A DNA stretch of 62,233 nt, filler included, from Chiloscyllium plagiosum (lineage: Eukaryota), in the NCBI RefSeq assembly GCF_004010195.1. It is 5 parts of one record of this genome, joined end to end, with 100 filler letters (N's around TTAATTAATTAA, not from the genome) between each part and the next. Parts side by side here need not be neighbours in the genome. Positions count along the whole stretch, not along the records: positions 1 to 21,277 come from NC_057711.1; positions 21,378 to 31,491 come from NC_057711.1; 3 more parts are not named here. One strand, 5' to 3'. Shown in pieces: positions 12,071-25,527 of the stretch (position 1 is the stretch's first letter; every line of letters begins with the position of its first letter). A program made the position numbers and the translations under genes. The notes under the pieces were generated by a model. That model was not told the origin of the DNA. It saw nothing but the letters and a program-made list of their open reading frames with translations, and did not search any database.

Positions 12071-14538
12071 ATCACAGAATCACATCTTTAGATAACTACT
12101 TGTAAGCATCTTTTTTGCTACAAATGCTCTGTAATGTAAATTAAAGTTTCAAAATAATTAGGAATATAAGACTGTGTACTTTCTTTTGGTTACAATTTGG
12201 TTACAGCAGAAGTGGGAAACTTCCATTTATTTTTCTACCTGTGCTGGACGTAACTTTAAGTTATAGAGGAATGTTCCTGATATTGTATTCCACACAGATA
12301 TCCATTTTCTTTATGTTACTGAACAACTAATTCTGCCATAAATTCATATTGTATATCTTAATAATCAATCAAAATGGTTGGAGGAAGGTGGACTGGTTTC
12401 ACTGTAACTTCACAGTTGTAGAAAATGTGATTTTAAAACTGGTGACTCTGCAATTATTATAAGCAACACCTGCAAAATAGGCACTGATTAGTCCTTTATC
12501 TACCATGTATTGCAAAGATAATTTGGATGAAATACAGTGGGACCACTTGGAGGAAAAGATAACTAGTGCCAGAATTTTGGAGTGTACAATTATCTTTTGT
12601 CTATGTATGCATAGGCTTCATTATTGGCACACCTATTCGATTAAATTACCAGCCTATTAAAGTTGCTGTTTTCTTCTTCCACTTTTGTATTTCTGAGACT
12701 ATGTAGTTGCCACGGCTGAAGAACAGCAGCAGATGCAGTAATATTGTACATGACTCTGTATACTTGCACCACGTGGCCCCAGGCCATTACTGTAGTTTAC
12801 TAAATGACACAGTTTAACAAAGGTAGCATAGCGCCATCATAAAATAGATTATTGTCATATTATATTTCACAAATAAATGAAGTAAAACTCAACACATTTG
12901 TTGGGCTAGATTAATGGGCTTCTGCGTCTGATTACAGCAATTTTCTCCATCTGTGAACCAGTCCTACTATTCCTGGTCAGATTACAATTACTATAGAGAG
13001 TAGTAAGAACATACATTTGTGATTCCCACTTGTTTTACGTTTTGTCTTGTTGAGATTTACAAGTTTTTATATTAAAAAATCTGTCATTAAAATCTAAATT
13101 TACAAAAAAATGTTCACAAAGCGGTTTCACACATCAGTGTTAAACAAATCCAGATTGCAGCTTGTATGAGTCATATATGTGTTGCTACTTCAGTATTTTA
13201 CAAGTTAGCACTACCAATACATTGCGTTGGTTGACAGAGGGTAGAGGTAGTATTGTGTGTGTGGAAGTCAACCTCAGTTTTGGCCACCCCCAGTTTTTCC
13301 TGTCACTAACTGCTAATTACAGTCCCAGGTGCCTGATTTCTGTTCCATTAAGCAGAAACGTTAACTCAGAAAACATGCTACAACTTTTTTTCAAAGTAGG
13401 GGAATTATTCAGGTAGCTATCCTTGAAGAAAACATTTAAATACAGGGGTTTCATTGCATTCACCCATTGAAGTTGACATCATCGAGGAATTTTATGGCAT
13501 TGTGGACAACTTCCCCTATTAAGTTTTATTGTCATAAATTCATGGAGCATGCACTCAAATTCCTGCAAGGGACTGCTGTGGCTGCCTGTTAGGATTGCAG
13601 TCTTGTTAAGTCAGCCCTCAGATTTTGTTCATCAGCCTGTCAGTGCTTTTAGCACTCATTTGAAAGTTAAAACACTAACTAATTTTGAAACGGTATCTTA
13701 CCACAATTTATCAAATGTAACATGCAGCCTTCTACTATGCGATGGAATAATCTCTATTTGCCTGGATAATTATATCTCCATTAGTACTCGAAAAGATCAA
13801 CAATAGTAAAGATAAAGCAGTCCACTTGCTTGGGAGCCTATTTCCCACCTCATACATTAATTCTCTCCTTTATCAATGTACATGGGCTGGACTATGTAGC
13901 ATCTGTAAGCCACACTGCAAGAACTCACCAAGCCTTCTTTCAAATTCATGATCTACAAGGGCAAAAGCAGGAGGCGTATAATGTTATGACCAAGATGAGA
14001 GATGCACAGTCTTTTTTATAGTGCAACTGTTCCACAGGTCATAGCATAGATTTAATTGTTTTACCCAGTTACTACTGTGGCCAATCATATGATTTCTACA
14101 CATTAGACTTCATAATATCCATCAAATAGATCTTTTTATTAAACACAAAACTGTTGATTTATTTTGGAATACACCTTAATCAATACAGATGCAAAACCCA
14201 TTAAAACACAGTTTGCAATATGAAAATATAAATGATTACCACTCTGAAAGAACCAAACACTAATGTCCTTTAGGGAAGGAAATCTACCATCCTTATCCAG
14301 TCTGGCCTTTAATTGACTCCGGACACATAACAATCTGGTTGAATGATAACTGCCCTCTAAATTAACTCAGAGACCCAATCAGTTCAAGAGTAATCATGGA
14401 TTCACAACAAACAACATCTGCATTAAATCCAAGAATTTAAAAAAACCCAATCACATACATCAGGTAAAAATGGATCTGCCTCTCCAGATATCTTTTTGAG
14501 AGAAAAAACTACTTTTAAGCATTATCTTTTAGTTCTTG

Positions 14539-15483
14539 TAAGTAAATACTCGAGTAAAAGTCGGTCTCATGTAAAAGGCGACCCCTGATTTTTGGCCAAA
14601 AAATCTTGTATTTTTCATATATCTCATGTATAAGTCAACCCTACTATATCACGTTATAAACCTCTGACAAAGGAAACTGCATGTTTCCATTAACCCACTT
14701 CAACAAAATCACATTCATTCATTCATACCGGTAATTCTACTCATCACTCTTAGTTTACGATATTGTGTCCCTATTCATTCATTCATTCATTCATAACTCT
14801 ACTTAGCTCACTTGGTTTACTACAGCACGCTTTGATTCATTCATACATTCACTTAGACCGGGACTAAGTCTAATGGTACTTATCGCACTTTGTTCACTAT
14901 ACATCCAAAAGTTAATATTGCTAAAAAGTTAATCATTTTAATTATGCCATTATATCTGAATAAAAGTGAGATATATTAGCTACATATATCCTTAATTCTT
15001 TAACAAATTTGTTAATGTTACTGAGGTTCATTACATATGAGAGTAAATGGGAGAGAAACGGAAGAATTTGGTGGGAAAGTTCAAGATGCTTACACATTTA
15101 GAATTTAATAAATGTTTCATTTTAAGTGTGCAATTATACCAGGCCATGACGATGTTGAACAGTGTGATTTTTTAGGATTTCAATGAATCTTTAACATGCT
15201 AAAGTGTCGTACCGTATGTATAAATAAAACTTCCTACCAGTAATTCATTCTTGTTTCTCTTGCTTTTATCCAGTAATTACCTTTACCATAATTCATTGTG
15301 GTTTTCTTCTTTACCTGGGATTAGTTGTGTGATCAAATCAACTTCTGCCAATAATACGATATTTCGAACTGCAGCATTTATTTCAGCCCCTCAAAACTAG
15401 TATCTGTGTATTAGTCAACCCTATTAATTGAACCTTTAAAAATAGTCTAAAAAAAATTGACTTTTACACAAGTATATACGGTA
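14539..15483. mobile_element. Non-autonomous Tc1/mariner-superfamily (Tc2/pogo-like) DNA transposon
   Basis: Imperfect TIRs: left ta-agtaaatactcgagtaaaagtcg; right reverse complement ta-ccgtatatacttgtgtaaaagtca. TA flanks, subterminal tgtataagtcaaccc-like direct repeats and internal (attc)n. Confidence 0.72.
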
Positions 15484-15848
15484 CAGAGTTTGAGGTGTTC
15501 AGGCTGTTGTTCTGTTATTCCTGCCTATGTAGATGGATATCACCAATTAAAAGCCACTGTTTCTGGGATCTTGGCAGACAAATCTTGTCAAGAAACATAG
15601 TATTAGGAAGTCTTCCAATCACTTTTCAATCAGGATTCATAACATTGAGTTTATTTCAGAAAAAGGAGAGATCAGTTGGGAGCTCCTTCCCTTTAGCAGA
15701 TTGGTCACCAACTACTTCAAAGCAATATCCAAAGCATAATCTGCAATCTTAAATTGTAAACCCAAGGAGGAGAGTCATCTGTAAACAAATATTTATCATA
15801 AAACAGGTGACTATTAAGAAATGTCTTGACTAAAAATAAATCCATTGT

Positions 15849-15889
15849 TTATATGCAGGATGAAATCAATTATTTCATCCTGCATATAA
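15849..15889. repeat. Perfect 18-bp inverted repeat with 5-nt loop
   Basis: ttatatgcaggatgaaat-caatt-atttcatcctgcatataa. Confidence 0.95.
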
Positions 15890-18273
15890 CTTTGAACTAT
15901 ATTACCATTCTTTCATGATCGCTAAGTCACCATCCTGGATTTGCTTTCCTCACAGCACTATAGATATACCTACAGACTGCAGTGGCTCATGAAGGTAATA
16001 CCATCACCTTCTTAAGGAAAATTAGAGTTGGGAAACAAATACTTGTCTTTCCTCTAATGCCTAATTCGCATGAATTAATACAAAAGGATCATATGATCTC
16101 CTGACCTCTCTGTTCCTCAGACTATAGTCACTTGTAGGTCACAACTTTTATAACAAATGCAAATATAGAGTTTCATTATTCTTTAAACATATTGTAGGTT
16201 AGATAGTTTTATATGAGTCACATTTGGTTTGAAGTTGAGGCAACTATTAGGTTAGTTTAGTTCAAATATGGGAAACATTACTTATTTGCCTGTAGATCAA
16301 ATTTCAAGAGACTTTTTCAAAGCAGTTCATCTTGTTCTGTGGCATGTACCACTGCTTGCAGGGAGCTGGTGTGTTGATAGAAGGTATTATGCACAGATTT
16401 ATTTTCTAATGTTAGGCTATATGATATATATAGTTAACAAATTATCATATCTTTTGAAGTTAACATGAAGTTATTTTTCTGTAAAATAGTACAAGCTGTT
16501 CTTATCCATTGCTACATTTGGTTACTTTTATTAAACCTATTCTATGGTCTAAACCAGAATCTAACAGGATATTCATTACTGTCAGCTCAGCTTAATTTAT
16601 GCTTCTGACTCTCAGTCAAGGATTGTGGGTTTAAGACTCACAGTAGGATTTCAGTGCATAATCTAAAAACTGATAATCTGTAAAATTCTTGGAGATTATT
16701 TTAGATGCTATCTTTTGGATGCATTGTTATAACAAGAACCCTTCTTGCTCAAGTAAATAAGAAATAATTTATCCCAAAGTACACCGTGGAGATCTTCTAT
16801 TGATAGAAGCAGATCACCTGGTCATTCAGTCAGCGTTTGTAACACATTCCTGTGTAAGTATTGGATGTTACATGCCCATAGTGTGATTCTGCCACAGTGG
16901 GACTTGAACCCCAATCCCTAAGATATCAACCTAGCCCTCTAGATTACTAACACCCATAACATCATTGCTACACTATTGTTTCCCAAACTTTGAACCAGAA
17001 GGAAATATCTATAATCTTAATTAAGGTATTTTAAAGGTTAGCTACTTCATATTGTTGAATATATTGGTACCATTTACCCTAAACTTCAATTATTATTTAG
17101 AGGTATCCAACATTAGGCACCTTAGATTGACCAGACAGTACTTCTTTCTCCTGCAAACAAATATACATTTTGTTGTGAATTGAGAGTGCACTACAGCCAC
17201 TATAACAAATGACCATTGGTCCCAGAGTAGACATTGAGATTGGTGTTACGTGCCATACATTATGGGAATACAGGGTAAAAATGCAATTACTTCTTTGGGC
17301 AAAACAACCACTGGCTTTGCCTTACCATACACAGAAATTCAGTGTCACTCTTTTTCATCTCTTACATTATGCATTAATCTAACACTATTTAAATATTGTT
17401 ACAAGCATTTGCTGCTTTAAGGTTGATAAAGCAACAGGAAAGCATAAGGCAGATTAGCTAACTTCTGCAGTTCACTATAAGAGTCACAGACTGCCAACAC
17501 AGCCTTAATTCAGGAAACCCAAGACAGCATTACTTACAACCTCCAGTTCTGAGGAATCCTTCCCATAGTTCAGGTGCTACAATATTCAAAAGTGTCAGCA
17601 GTGTTTATGTTACCATGTAACACAGTGTGAGTTCTAAGATTTTACATAGAAGTTCAAGTTTTCCAGTTACTACCTACTTGATGGTGAATATCCATGGATT
17701 CTAGTCATAAAATATATTCTTACTTTAGCTTTACTCCACAACTCAAAGAGGAATGTTTAAAGCCTTCACTGAAGATATATTTGCACTTCTTTATGAGCTG
17801 TCTTGTAATGTTAATAAATCTGACCCAAAGATTTTTGAGTCTTTGTCACTATGCTGCCGCACATGTCCAAAATAGCTATTCTGAGACAGATAGCAGAAGT
17901 GTACTTCAGAAACTGGGCAGACACAGGTATTGAAATATAACAAAAGAATACCAACAAAGTTGTGTTAACCTAAAAAAGCATTTTGTATGCTATTGGAAGT
18001 TAACATATTAAATTTAGATTGGTTTTTGTTTCAGATATAGAGGTGACTGAAATATATATGCTATACAGGAAACATTCCTACAGCACACTAGATTTTACTC
18101 GCCATTGAAGTTCATAGAAAGTAAGGAAGGAGGGTTATAATATGGTCAGCTGATCCAATCTCTCCAATATCTGTCCTAACAAGGTAAATTGAAATTATTT
18201 GCATAAGATGCGAACTGTGAATAATTCAAAGATATTTTTTAACCACTGAAGTCCTAGTCATATCATGGGTGGA

Positions 18274-18487
18274 GGGTCAGTTGGTTCAGTTGGCTGGTGG
18301 GCTGGATTTTGATGCTGAGTGATGCCAATGGTGCAGATTCAATTCCCCAACTGGCTGAGATTATCCTGAATGATTCTCCCTCTCAATCTCTCCCCTTGCC
18401 TAAGGTGCAGTATCTCTCAAGTTAATCCATCACCAGTCATCTCACAATGAGAGAGCAGCCCTATATTCTGTTAAGACTATGGACAAT
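18274..18487 (+). mobile_element. Old tRNA-derived SINE
   Basis: tggttcagttgg (A-box-like) and agattcaattcc (B-box-like). The body resembles a more decayed copy at about 1880-2060. Confidence 0.55.
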
Positions 18488-18974
18488 ATTATCTTTGATC
18501 ATATCATGTTGTACAGTCAAATATGACCACACTCAAATTTAACAAAAATGTTTGGTAAAGTAAGTTAACAAGGTGCAGTTAATGTTTAACAAGGTCACTG
18601 GATTAGCATTCAATCTTGACAAGACTAAGGTGCAGAATTTCATTACCATCTCTGGTGACATGGGTCACATGTGAGAGAAACCCTGCTCCATGAACCTAGC
18701 GTTTAAGAATAGAAACTTGCAATTTTCTGTCCAAGTGCAAGGCCTGGATTGGGAGTTGTGCTGGTGACCAGGGAAGGTTGCTAAGGGGCTGTCAATTCCT
18801 AATATGTGCTGGGTGCAAAGCCTGCCTTAGGATCCCAGCATTGCTGTCAAAGCTTTGAAACACAAAGCATTGAATTGAATTGAATTATATTGAATTAGCT
18901 TTATTGTCACATGTACTCAAATGAATAGTGAAAAGTTTTAAAGTCACTATTTACAGTGCCATCTTAAGTAGATG

Positions 18975-19896
18975 AATACTCAGCCCCATATGGTAATCCC
19001 TATACACTCATGATTGTATGGCCAAATTTAGTCCAAACTCCATCCACAAGTTCACTTATGATACCACCGTTGTCGGCTGGATATCAAATAATGATGAGTC
19101 AGAACACAAGAAGTAGATAGAATGCTTTACAAAGCATTCTATCGTGGTGCAAAGATGACAATGTCTTCCTCAATGTCAGCAAAACTAAAGAACTGATCAT
19201 CGACTTCAGTAAGAAAAGAGGAGAACACACTCCTATCTATATCAATGGAGCTGATGTGGAGAGGGTTGAAAGTGTCAAGTTCCTAAGAGTGACCATAACA
19301 ACAATCTATCCTGGTCCTCCCACATACACGCGACGATCAAGAAGGAACAACAATGCCTCTTCTTCCTCAGGAGGCTAAGGAAACTTGGAATGTCCATAAT
19401 GACCCTCACCAACTTTTACAGAAACACCATAGAAAGCATCCTATCTACGTGCATCATGGCCTGGCACCTGCTCTGCCCAGGACCACAAGAAACTATAGAA
19501 AATTATGAACATCACGCAAGCAAGCCTCCATTCCATGGAGTCCATCTGCACTTCACATTGCTGTGGAGAGGCAGCCATTGCCATCAAAGGCCCCTCCACA
19601 CCCCACCATCGTTTATACCTTCTTCCAACCTTTTCTGTCCAGCAGAAGATACAGAAGCTTAAACACACGTTGCAACAGGTTCAAGAACATCTTCTTCCCC
19701 AATTTTATTAGACTGCTGAATGAATGTCTCTAATTTCAAATTTAATGTTGCTTTTTGTGCACTTCCTGTGCAGTCATCACCCTTGCTCTGTCGAAATACC
19801 CTGTGATCTGTAAGTCCTTGTATGTTATGATCTGCCTGTATTGCTCGCAAACAAAACTTTTCACTGTACAACAATAAATCAAAGAAATCAAATCAA
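18975..19896 (+). mobile_element. Rex1/Babar-type LINE 3' fragment (decayed RT C-terminus)
   Basis: Peptides KFTYDTTVVGWISNNDES, LNVSKTKELIIDF, FFLRRLRKLGMS..TLTNFYRNTIESILSTCI.AW; 3' end aataaa+(tcaaa)n. Confidence 0.85.
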
Positions 19897-20052
19897 AGGT
19901 ACCTAGATACAAATTCTAGTTATAAGAATCTTGCAGTAAATAAATCACTTCCTCTCTCCCAAGTGATTTTCCACAACCTACAAGGCACAAGACAGGAGTG
20001 CCATGGAATGTTCTTGACTTCAGTAGATGAGTAAATCTGCAATATGGGGATC

Positions 20053-20064
20053 CAAGATGGCGGC
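20053..20064 (+). promoter_or_regulatory. YY1-like site at the L1 5' end
   Basis: caagatggcggc matches the YY1 consensus at the position where L1 internal promoters carry it. Confidence 0.65.
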
Positions 20065-20227
20065 GACCCAGTAAGACTGAGTCTATAGTGCTCCTCCCAA
20101 GACTTGGGCACAGTGGGTCATCTACCCCCTACCAAGCTCACCAAATCATTTATAAATCATTTATAATAGTTTAGTAACTCAATTAGTTGTGTAATATTAC
20201 ATTTAAGCAACTTTATCCTAAGTTAAA

Positions 20228-21044
20228 ATGACTAAAGGGAAAGGAGCCCGAGGCTCTCAGCAAGCAGGAACCCCTCCCCCACACTCTACAGCTGCAGCAG
20301 AGGCGTCCACAGCCGCCCCGAGGAACTTACCTACAGTAGCAAGTCTTGCAGAAATGCTTTCCAAGCTTGACTCGAAGATCGATGCCTGTATCGTCGAATC
20401 CAGGAATCGTTGGGAGTCGCTCTCGGCCGCGCTGCAGAAGCACGACCGTGAAATTGAAGAAATTCAAAGCCGAGTCGGAGGGGCGGAGCTAAAGGCCGCG
20501 ACCTCGGAGACAACCGCTCAATCGGCCGTGGATCAAGTCCGGACTCTCGAGCAGCGAGTCCGGACCTTGGAAAATCATATTGACAACCTCGATAATCGAG
20601 GTCGTCGAAAAAATATTCGTTTGCTGGGCCTTCACGAACAGGAAGAGGAAGGCCAGCTTACAGCATTCCTGGAGCAGTGGCTGCCACAACTTTTAAATCT
20701 GCAAGCTGGACCAGGCCAGGTAAGGGTGGAATGGGCCTACCGGGTAGCAATACGCGGGCCCGGCTCGAACCAGCGCCCACACCCGGTCCTGTCCCAGCTG
20801 CAGAGCTGCAGGGAGAGGCAGATACTCCTAGAAGCCTCTAGAAATCTCGGAAAAGACCCCCAAGCTATGATCTACAAAGATCTGGTTCGAAAGAGGAAGG
20901 CATTCGACGAAGCGAAGAAGCGTTTAAGGGACTTAAACGTACCCCTTACGCTACCCAGCGATGTTACGCTTTAACCATGAAGGTTCTGTATATAACTTTG
21001 GATCACCAGAAAAGGCTAAGGAATTCTTGGACTCTCTTAGATAA
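20228..21044 (+). pseudogene. L1 ORF1p (coiled coil + RRM + CTD), frameshifted near 20940
   Basis: Coiled-coil heptads followed by DNLDNRGRRKNIRLLGLHE. The C-terminus LRYPAMLRFNHEGSVYNFGSPEKAKEFLDSLR* lies in another frame ending at TAA 21042-21044. Confidence 0.85.
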
Positions 21045-21245
21045 ACTGTAGGACATAATGGATGTTGGTCGTCCTTCCCCCCTCCCCGTTTTGGTTTATA
21101 TCCCCTCCCTTTTTTTTTCTTACCTTATTGCTTAATATTATTATGAGGGGTGGGGAGAGGGATTTGATTTTCTCCCCCCCCCCGCCGCCTTGGAGTTGTT
21201 TTCTGTTATTATTTTATGTATATATGAGGGATGTATGTATATGTG

Positions 21246-21277
<32 letters not shown>

Positions 21278-21377
21278 NNNNNNNNNNNNNNNNNNNNNNN
21301 NNNNNNNNNNNNNNNNNNNNNTTAATTAATTAANNNNNNNNNNNNNNNNNNNNNNNNNNNNNNNNNNNNNNNNNNNN
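21278..21377. other. Artificial 100-bp linker (N44-TTAATTAATTAA-N44)
   Basis: Identical structure occurs four times in the window. Confidence 0.97.
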
Positions 21378-21551
21378 AAGACCAACTGGGGATACTGATT
21401 TGGTAAATTTTGCTGAGATCTTAAGGAGAATGAAGCTTTGTCTTCAGGAGTTAATGCTCTCCCTTTTGATGCTTTCTCACTTTTGAGCATTATCTCATTT
21501 TGAACTGAAATTCATGACTGTTCATAGAAGCCGCTGCCAAAAGGCTTTGTT

Positions 21552-21722
21552 GACAAGCAGGAGGTTGGAAGAAAACAGCAGGCCAAACAGCATCTGGAGG
21601 TGGAGAAGTCAACGTTTCAACTGTAACCCTTTTTCCTGAAGAAGGTTTGCACCTGAAATGTTGACTTCTTCACCTCCTAATGCTGCCTGGCTTGATGTGT
21701 TGCTTCCAGCCTTCTACTTGTC
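21552..21722. mobile_element. Fold-back Penelope-like remnant: two inverted 3' ends with back-to-back decayed hammerheads
   Basis: gacaagcaggaggttggaag...ggagaagtcaacgtttca is the imperfect reverse complement of tgaaatgttgacttcttc...cttccagccttctacttgtc; centre near 21635. Confidence 0.7.
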
Positions 21723-24529
21723 TACCTTGGATTTCAGTATGGGCGGGCTTTTTTTTGTCTACGTCAAAAGGTTTGGTAGCAGGGTTCCAAATTGTGTCTG
21801 TAAAACATTTATATGTTCTTTGAAGCACAAACAGAACTTTAGTGTTGCCAGCCGTTTCAGCTGTGAGCATCAAGATTTTCTGTCATTAGAGACAGTGTAG
21901 AGATGCAAGACATGAATGAACCTGGCAGTTGGTGTTCTGAATTGAGAGAAATTTACAGAGCTGATGTTTTCCATGGACAGAGATATACAGAAGACGGACA
22001 AGATTTTTAAAGTGTCAGCAGCAATAGAAAAATGTGCATGTTATTTAACTTGGAATTAAGCATAAAACTAGTAAATAGAGTATAAAATTAGTGAGCTTTA
22101 ACCGATCCTTGGAAATCGAAGAAAATTTATCTCCTTGCAGAGTCTTAGACGTGTGAATTATAGACTCTAGTGAAATGGTTAATGTTTCATTGTTTAACAT
22201 TTTAAAAAATGGTTTGATAGCTATGTGGTTAAAGGGAGCATTGAGAGTTAGAAAGTTAAGTACAGATGGAGATGATTAATTGCCACGTGGAAGAAGATAT
22301 CTGATGAACACCAGCAAAAAGCCACTGTCCTAAGATATAAGATTCAGGTTTTTGTAGACTTATACTTGAGAGGTACAATGTCTTCTGTAGGGGTTATATG
22401 GATTGGCTTGAGTCTGTCTTGGAACAAATGGTATGTAGTCTGATAACAATACTTGTTGCAAACAATGTAAAGTAAAAGTGGATTCTGATAGTTATAGGGA
22501 AATAAATAGCTGTGACATTTAAAGCTATCCTTATGATATGTAGATTGCCAACTTGTTTTGAATATTTTTCACAGGATGTTAGTGGCTAAGGGTTGAAATC
22601 GGTCTGAACCTGGGGATCTTCCTGACTTATGTAATCTGGTTATTTACGAGGCAGCGCAATTTTTAACTGAGTCTTTAGTGGTGTCTTAGTCTGAAATTTG
22701 CTTGCTTGGAAATTCTTTTTGATGATACTATAGCTGGGCGAAGCATGATATGTAGAGTCCCCTCCTTAGCATGGCCCTCTTTCATTTTATATTCTATAAT
22801 TCATTTTCTCTCCATTCTCTTGGTTTCCCTGTACCACATCAAGATTCACTTGCCTATTTATTTCATGCTTCTGTTTTCCTGCTGTGCCTGTACACCTATC
22901 AGTGTTTTGTGATTTCTTCTGACCATGATTCAGGACGTTGCTGCCTAATTCTCCCTGAGGTAATGTGGATATTTGTCTTACTTGCACAGCTGGCGTATAA
23001 TTGTTTTGACCAAAGGTCCTGAGAGACAATGTCTTGTATTTTGGCTTCCCAATGTAACTCCCTGAATTCCCATAGAAATTAATGAGACATGAGGTGGTCT
23101 GCAAAATAAATTACTCATTGAGCTGGTATTTCAAATTGAATGAGGTAAGTCCTTTCAGTTCCCTCTCCTGTTAGTTTGACAGAGAAACACAGTCTTGGCT
23201 CAAATGATATCCTGGTTTAAATATGAGTAAAATTGTATTAACTTAAATCCTAGCTGCATCTAATTGTTTTAGCACATTAAGTTCTAAAGTAGCTATGATC
23301 TATTGTGAATTTAAAATTTGTTAATTAAAATGCATTAAGCAGACACATTTTTCTTCAATACTCTGGTTTATTGGAGATGGGATAAGTATGAGATGAAATG
23401 CAAAATATGTGCACCTGTTGCTAAGTATTAGTTTTCTTCTGTGGCTGAATCTATTTGTAATAGGTAATAATAACCGTTGAATACTGTGTGTAAAGATCAA
23501 TATAGTGTTTTGGTCAAACTGAGTGGATAATACTCTAGTTCCCATCTGAGAAACAAATTTCAGGAAAGAGGTTGGGGAAAAGTAGCAGGGAGTTTGCAAC
23601 ATGGGGCAGATGATGGAGGATTCATAGGTAGCTTTGAACATAAAACGTTTAACCTTTGACTTCTTTGCCAATCAAAAAACTATTTAACTCAACCTTAAAA
23701 CCACTCAAAAAACTTTTCTCCACTGCTCGGTGGGGAGAATTCTACAGACAAATGACCCTTGGCGATGAGTTTTTTTTTCTCAATCTTATTTGGGAAATCA
23801 CATTTTTAAAACTGTTTTTTGTTTCTTATCTCTCCCATAAGGGAAAACATCCTATCAGCACCCAACCTATCTCGTCCCTTCAGAATCTTATGTATTTAAA
23901 TGAGATTGTCTCTCATTCTTTTGGATTTAGAAGGCCCAATTTGTCCAACGTTTCTTCGTGGTGTAACTCTTTTGACTCAGGAGTCAGTTAAATGAGCCTT
24001 CTAATACAATTATACCCCGATTTAAGTTCTGAGATATTCAGTAATCCAGATATGATCTCACCAATGGCTTATACAAGTGCAACCAAACTTCCCTACTTTC
24101 ATATTCCTTCTCCCTTCAATAAATGTTACCATGCAGTTTGACTGTCTAATCACCTGCTGTACTGTCATACTTATCTTGTGTCAGCAACAAACTTAGCAAA
24201 TATACACTCAGTACCTTCATCCAAGCAAATAGATTTTAAATAGTAAAGGCTCCTGTATTGGTCTCTGTGGTACTCCACTAGTTATGTTAATACAAAAATG
24301 ACCTATTTATCCTCCACTCACTGCTTCCTATGAGCTAACTTTATAAAACTTTATTTCAGAAATCAGCTACATGTACAGGTTCCCCAGCATTTGTGTTACT
24401 TGTTACTTATTCAAAGAAGTGTTGAACTTGATTTCCTGCTCAAACATTCATGGTAACTTTGACAGCTTTCATTAAGATTTCATAAGCATCTTGCTGTAAC
24501 ATTAATGATAGATTCTTGCATTTCCCCTC

Positions 24530-24960
24530 ATGATAGATGCAGGTGAACTGGCTGGTGCAGAGCAAGATAGGGAGGTGGGAACAGGAACTTTAGAAACATT
24601 GTGAACTTGACGATGGTTGTGTTAAACTTCAAAAGGACATAGTGGGCTAGACAATTGGCAGATCAAATTTAATACAGATAAACCTGAAGTGATTCATTTT
24701 GATAAGAATGGGGAGAGGCAATACAAACAAACAATTCAAATCTTAAGGGGATGCAGGAGTAAGAATATCTGGGTGTCTGGGGAGAACTCATTAAAAGGAG
24801 CAGGACAAGTTGAATGAGTGGATTATATAGCATACAGGATCCTGGACTTGAAAAATAGGGGCATGATCATAAAAACAAAAACGTCATAATAAATCTGTAC
24901 AAAACACTGGTTGAGCCTCACCTGGGCCATTCTGGGCACCACATTTCAGGAAAGATGTGG
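24530..24960 (+). mobile_element. Decayed CR1 RT fragment
   Basis: tggcagatcaaatttaatacagataaacctgaagtgattcatttt (WQ..FN.DK.EVIHF) and ctgtacaaaacactggtt (LYKTLV). Confidence 0.7.
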
Positions 24961-25527
24961 AGAGAATTCATCTTTACTTGCAGTGAAAGGGAGATTTTGC
25001 ACAGTTGTAGGTATAAAGCAGGGAAATGGGCCTAGATACATCAATCTTGCTGAGAGTGGCACAGGATTGAAGGATCAAATGGTCTTTTTCTGTATTGAAG
25101 TCAGACCATGGTTCAGGAGAAAGTTTGGAGAAGCATTCTTTGTCTTCACCAGATCTCAAGCTTACTCTTTATGGATAGTTTGTGGAAAAGCACCCTTTTA
25201 TTTGCTGGGCTCCCTCTTCCCAATGGAGTAGGAGAGATTGCCTCTTTTTTTACCAGCATGGATTTTCACTGGAAGTGATTTTATCACTTGATTTGATTAA
25301 GAGCCTGAACCTCAGGCTATTGCTTCTCAAAAAGACTATCTGATTTCAAAGCAAGCTGTCTATATGCATTTGTGTTGAAGTGAAGAGGGGAGCTGGTGAT
25401 AGCTGCAATCTGACACAGGTAAAATGCCAGACATCCCTTGGCAATAGTAAGGGGAATTGCTGGCCAGAATCTTTTATTTTACTTTTCATAAGGGAGACTC
25501 GTTGGCCAATGATTCGTATGATTAACA

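Larger units (their letters stand above)
20046..21277 (+). mobile_element. L1-clade LINE 5' end (5'UTR, ORF1, spacer), cut by an assembly gap
   Basis: Starts ggggatccaagatggcggc. CpG-rich ORF1 followed by a T-rich inter-ORF spacer. Confidence 0.85.

Noticed and set aside
20228..20974. Host gene (domesticated L1TD1-like)
   Set aside because: Frameshifted C-terminus and a typical L1 5'UTR/spacer context indicate an ordinary retrotransposon copy.
21322..21333. TTAATTAATTAA as a recurring biological motif (also 31536, 47575, 53685)
   Set aside because: Always centred in exactly 44+44 Ns; it is an all-frame stop linker added during assembly or processing.
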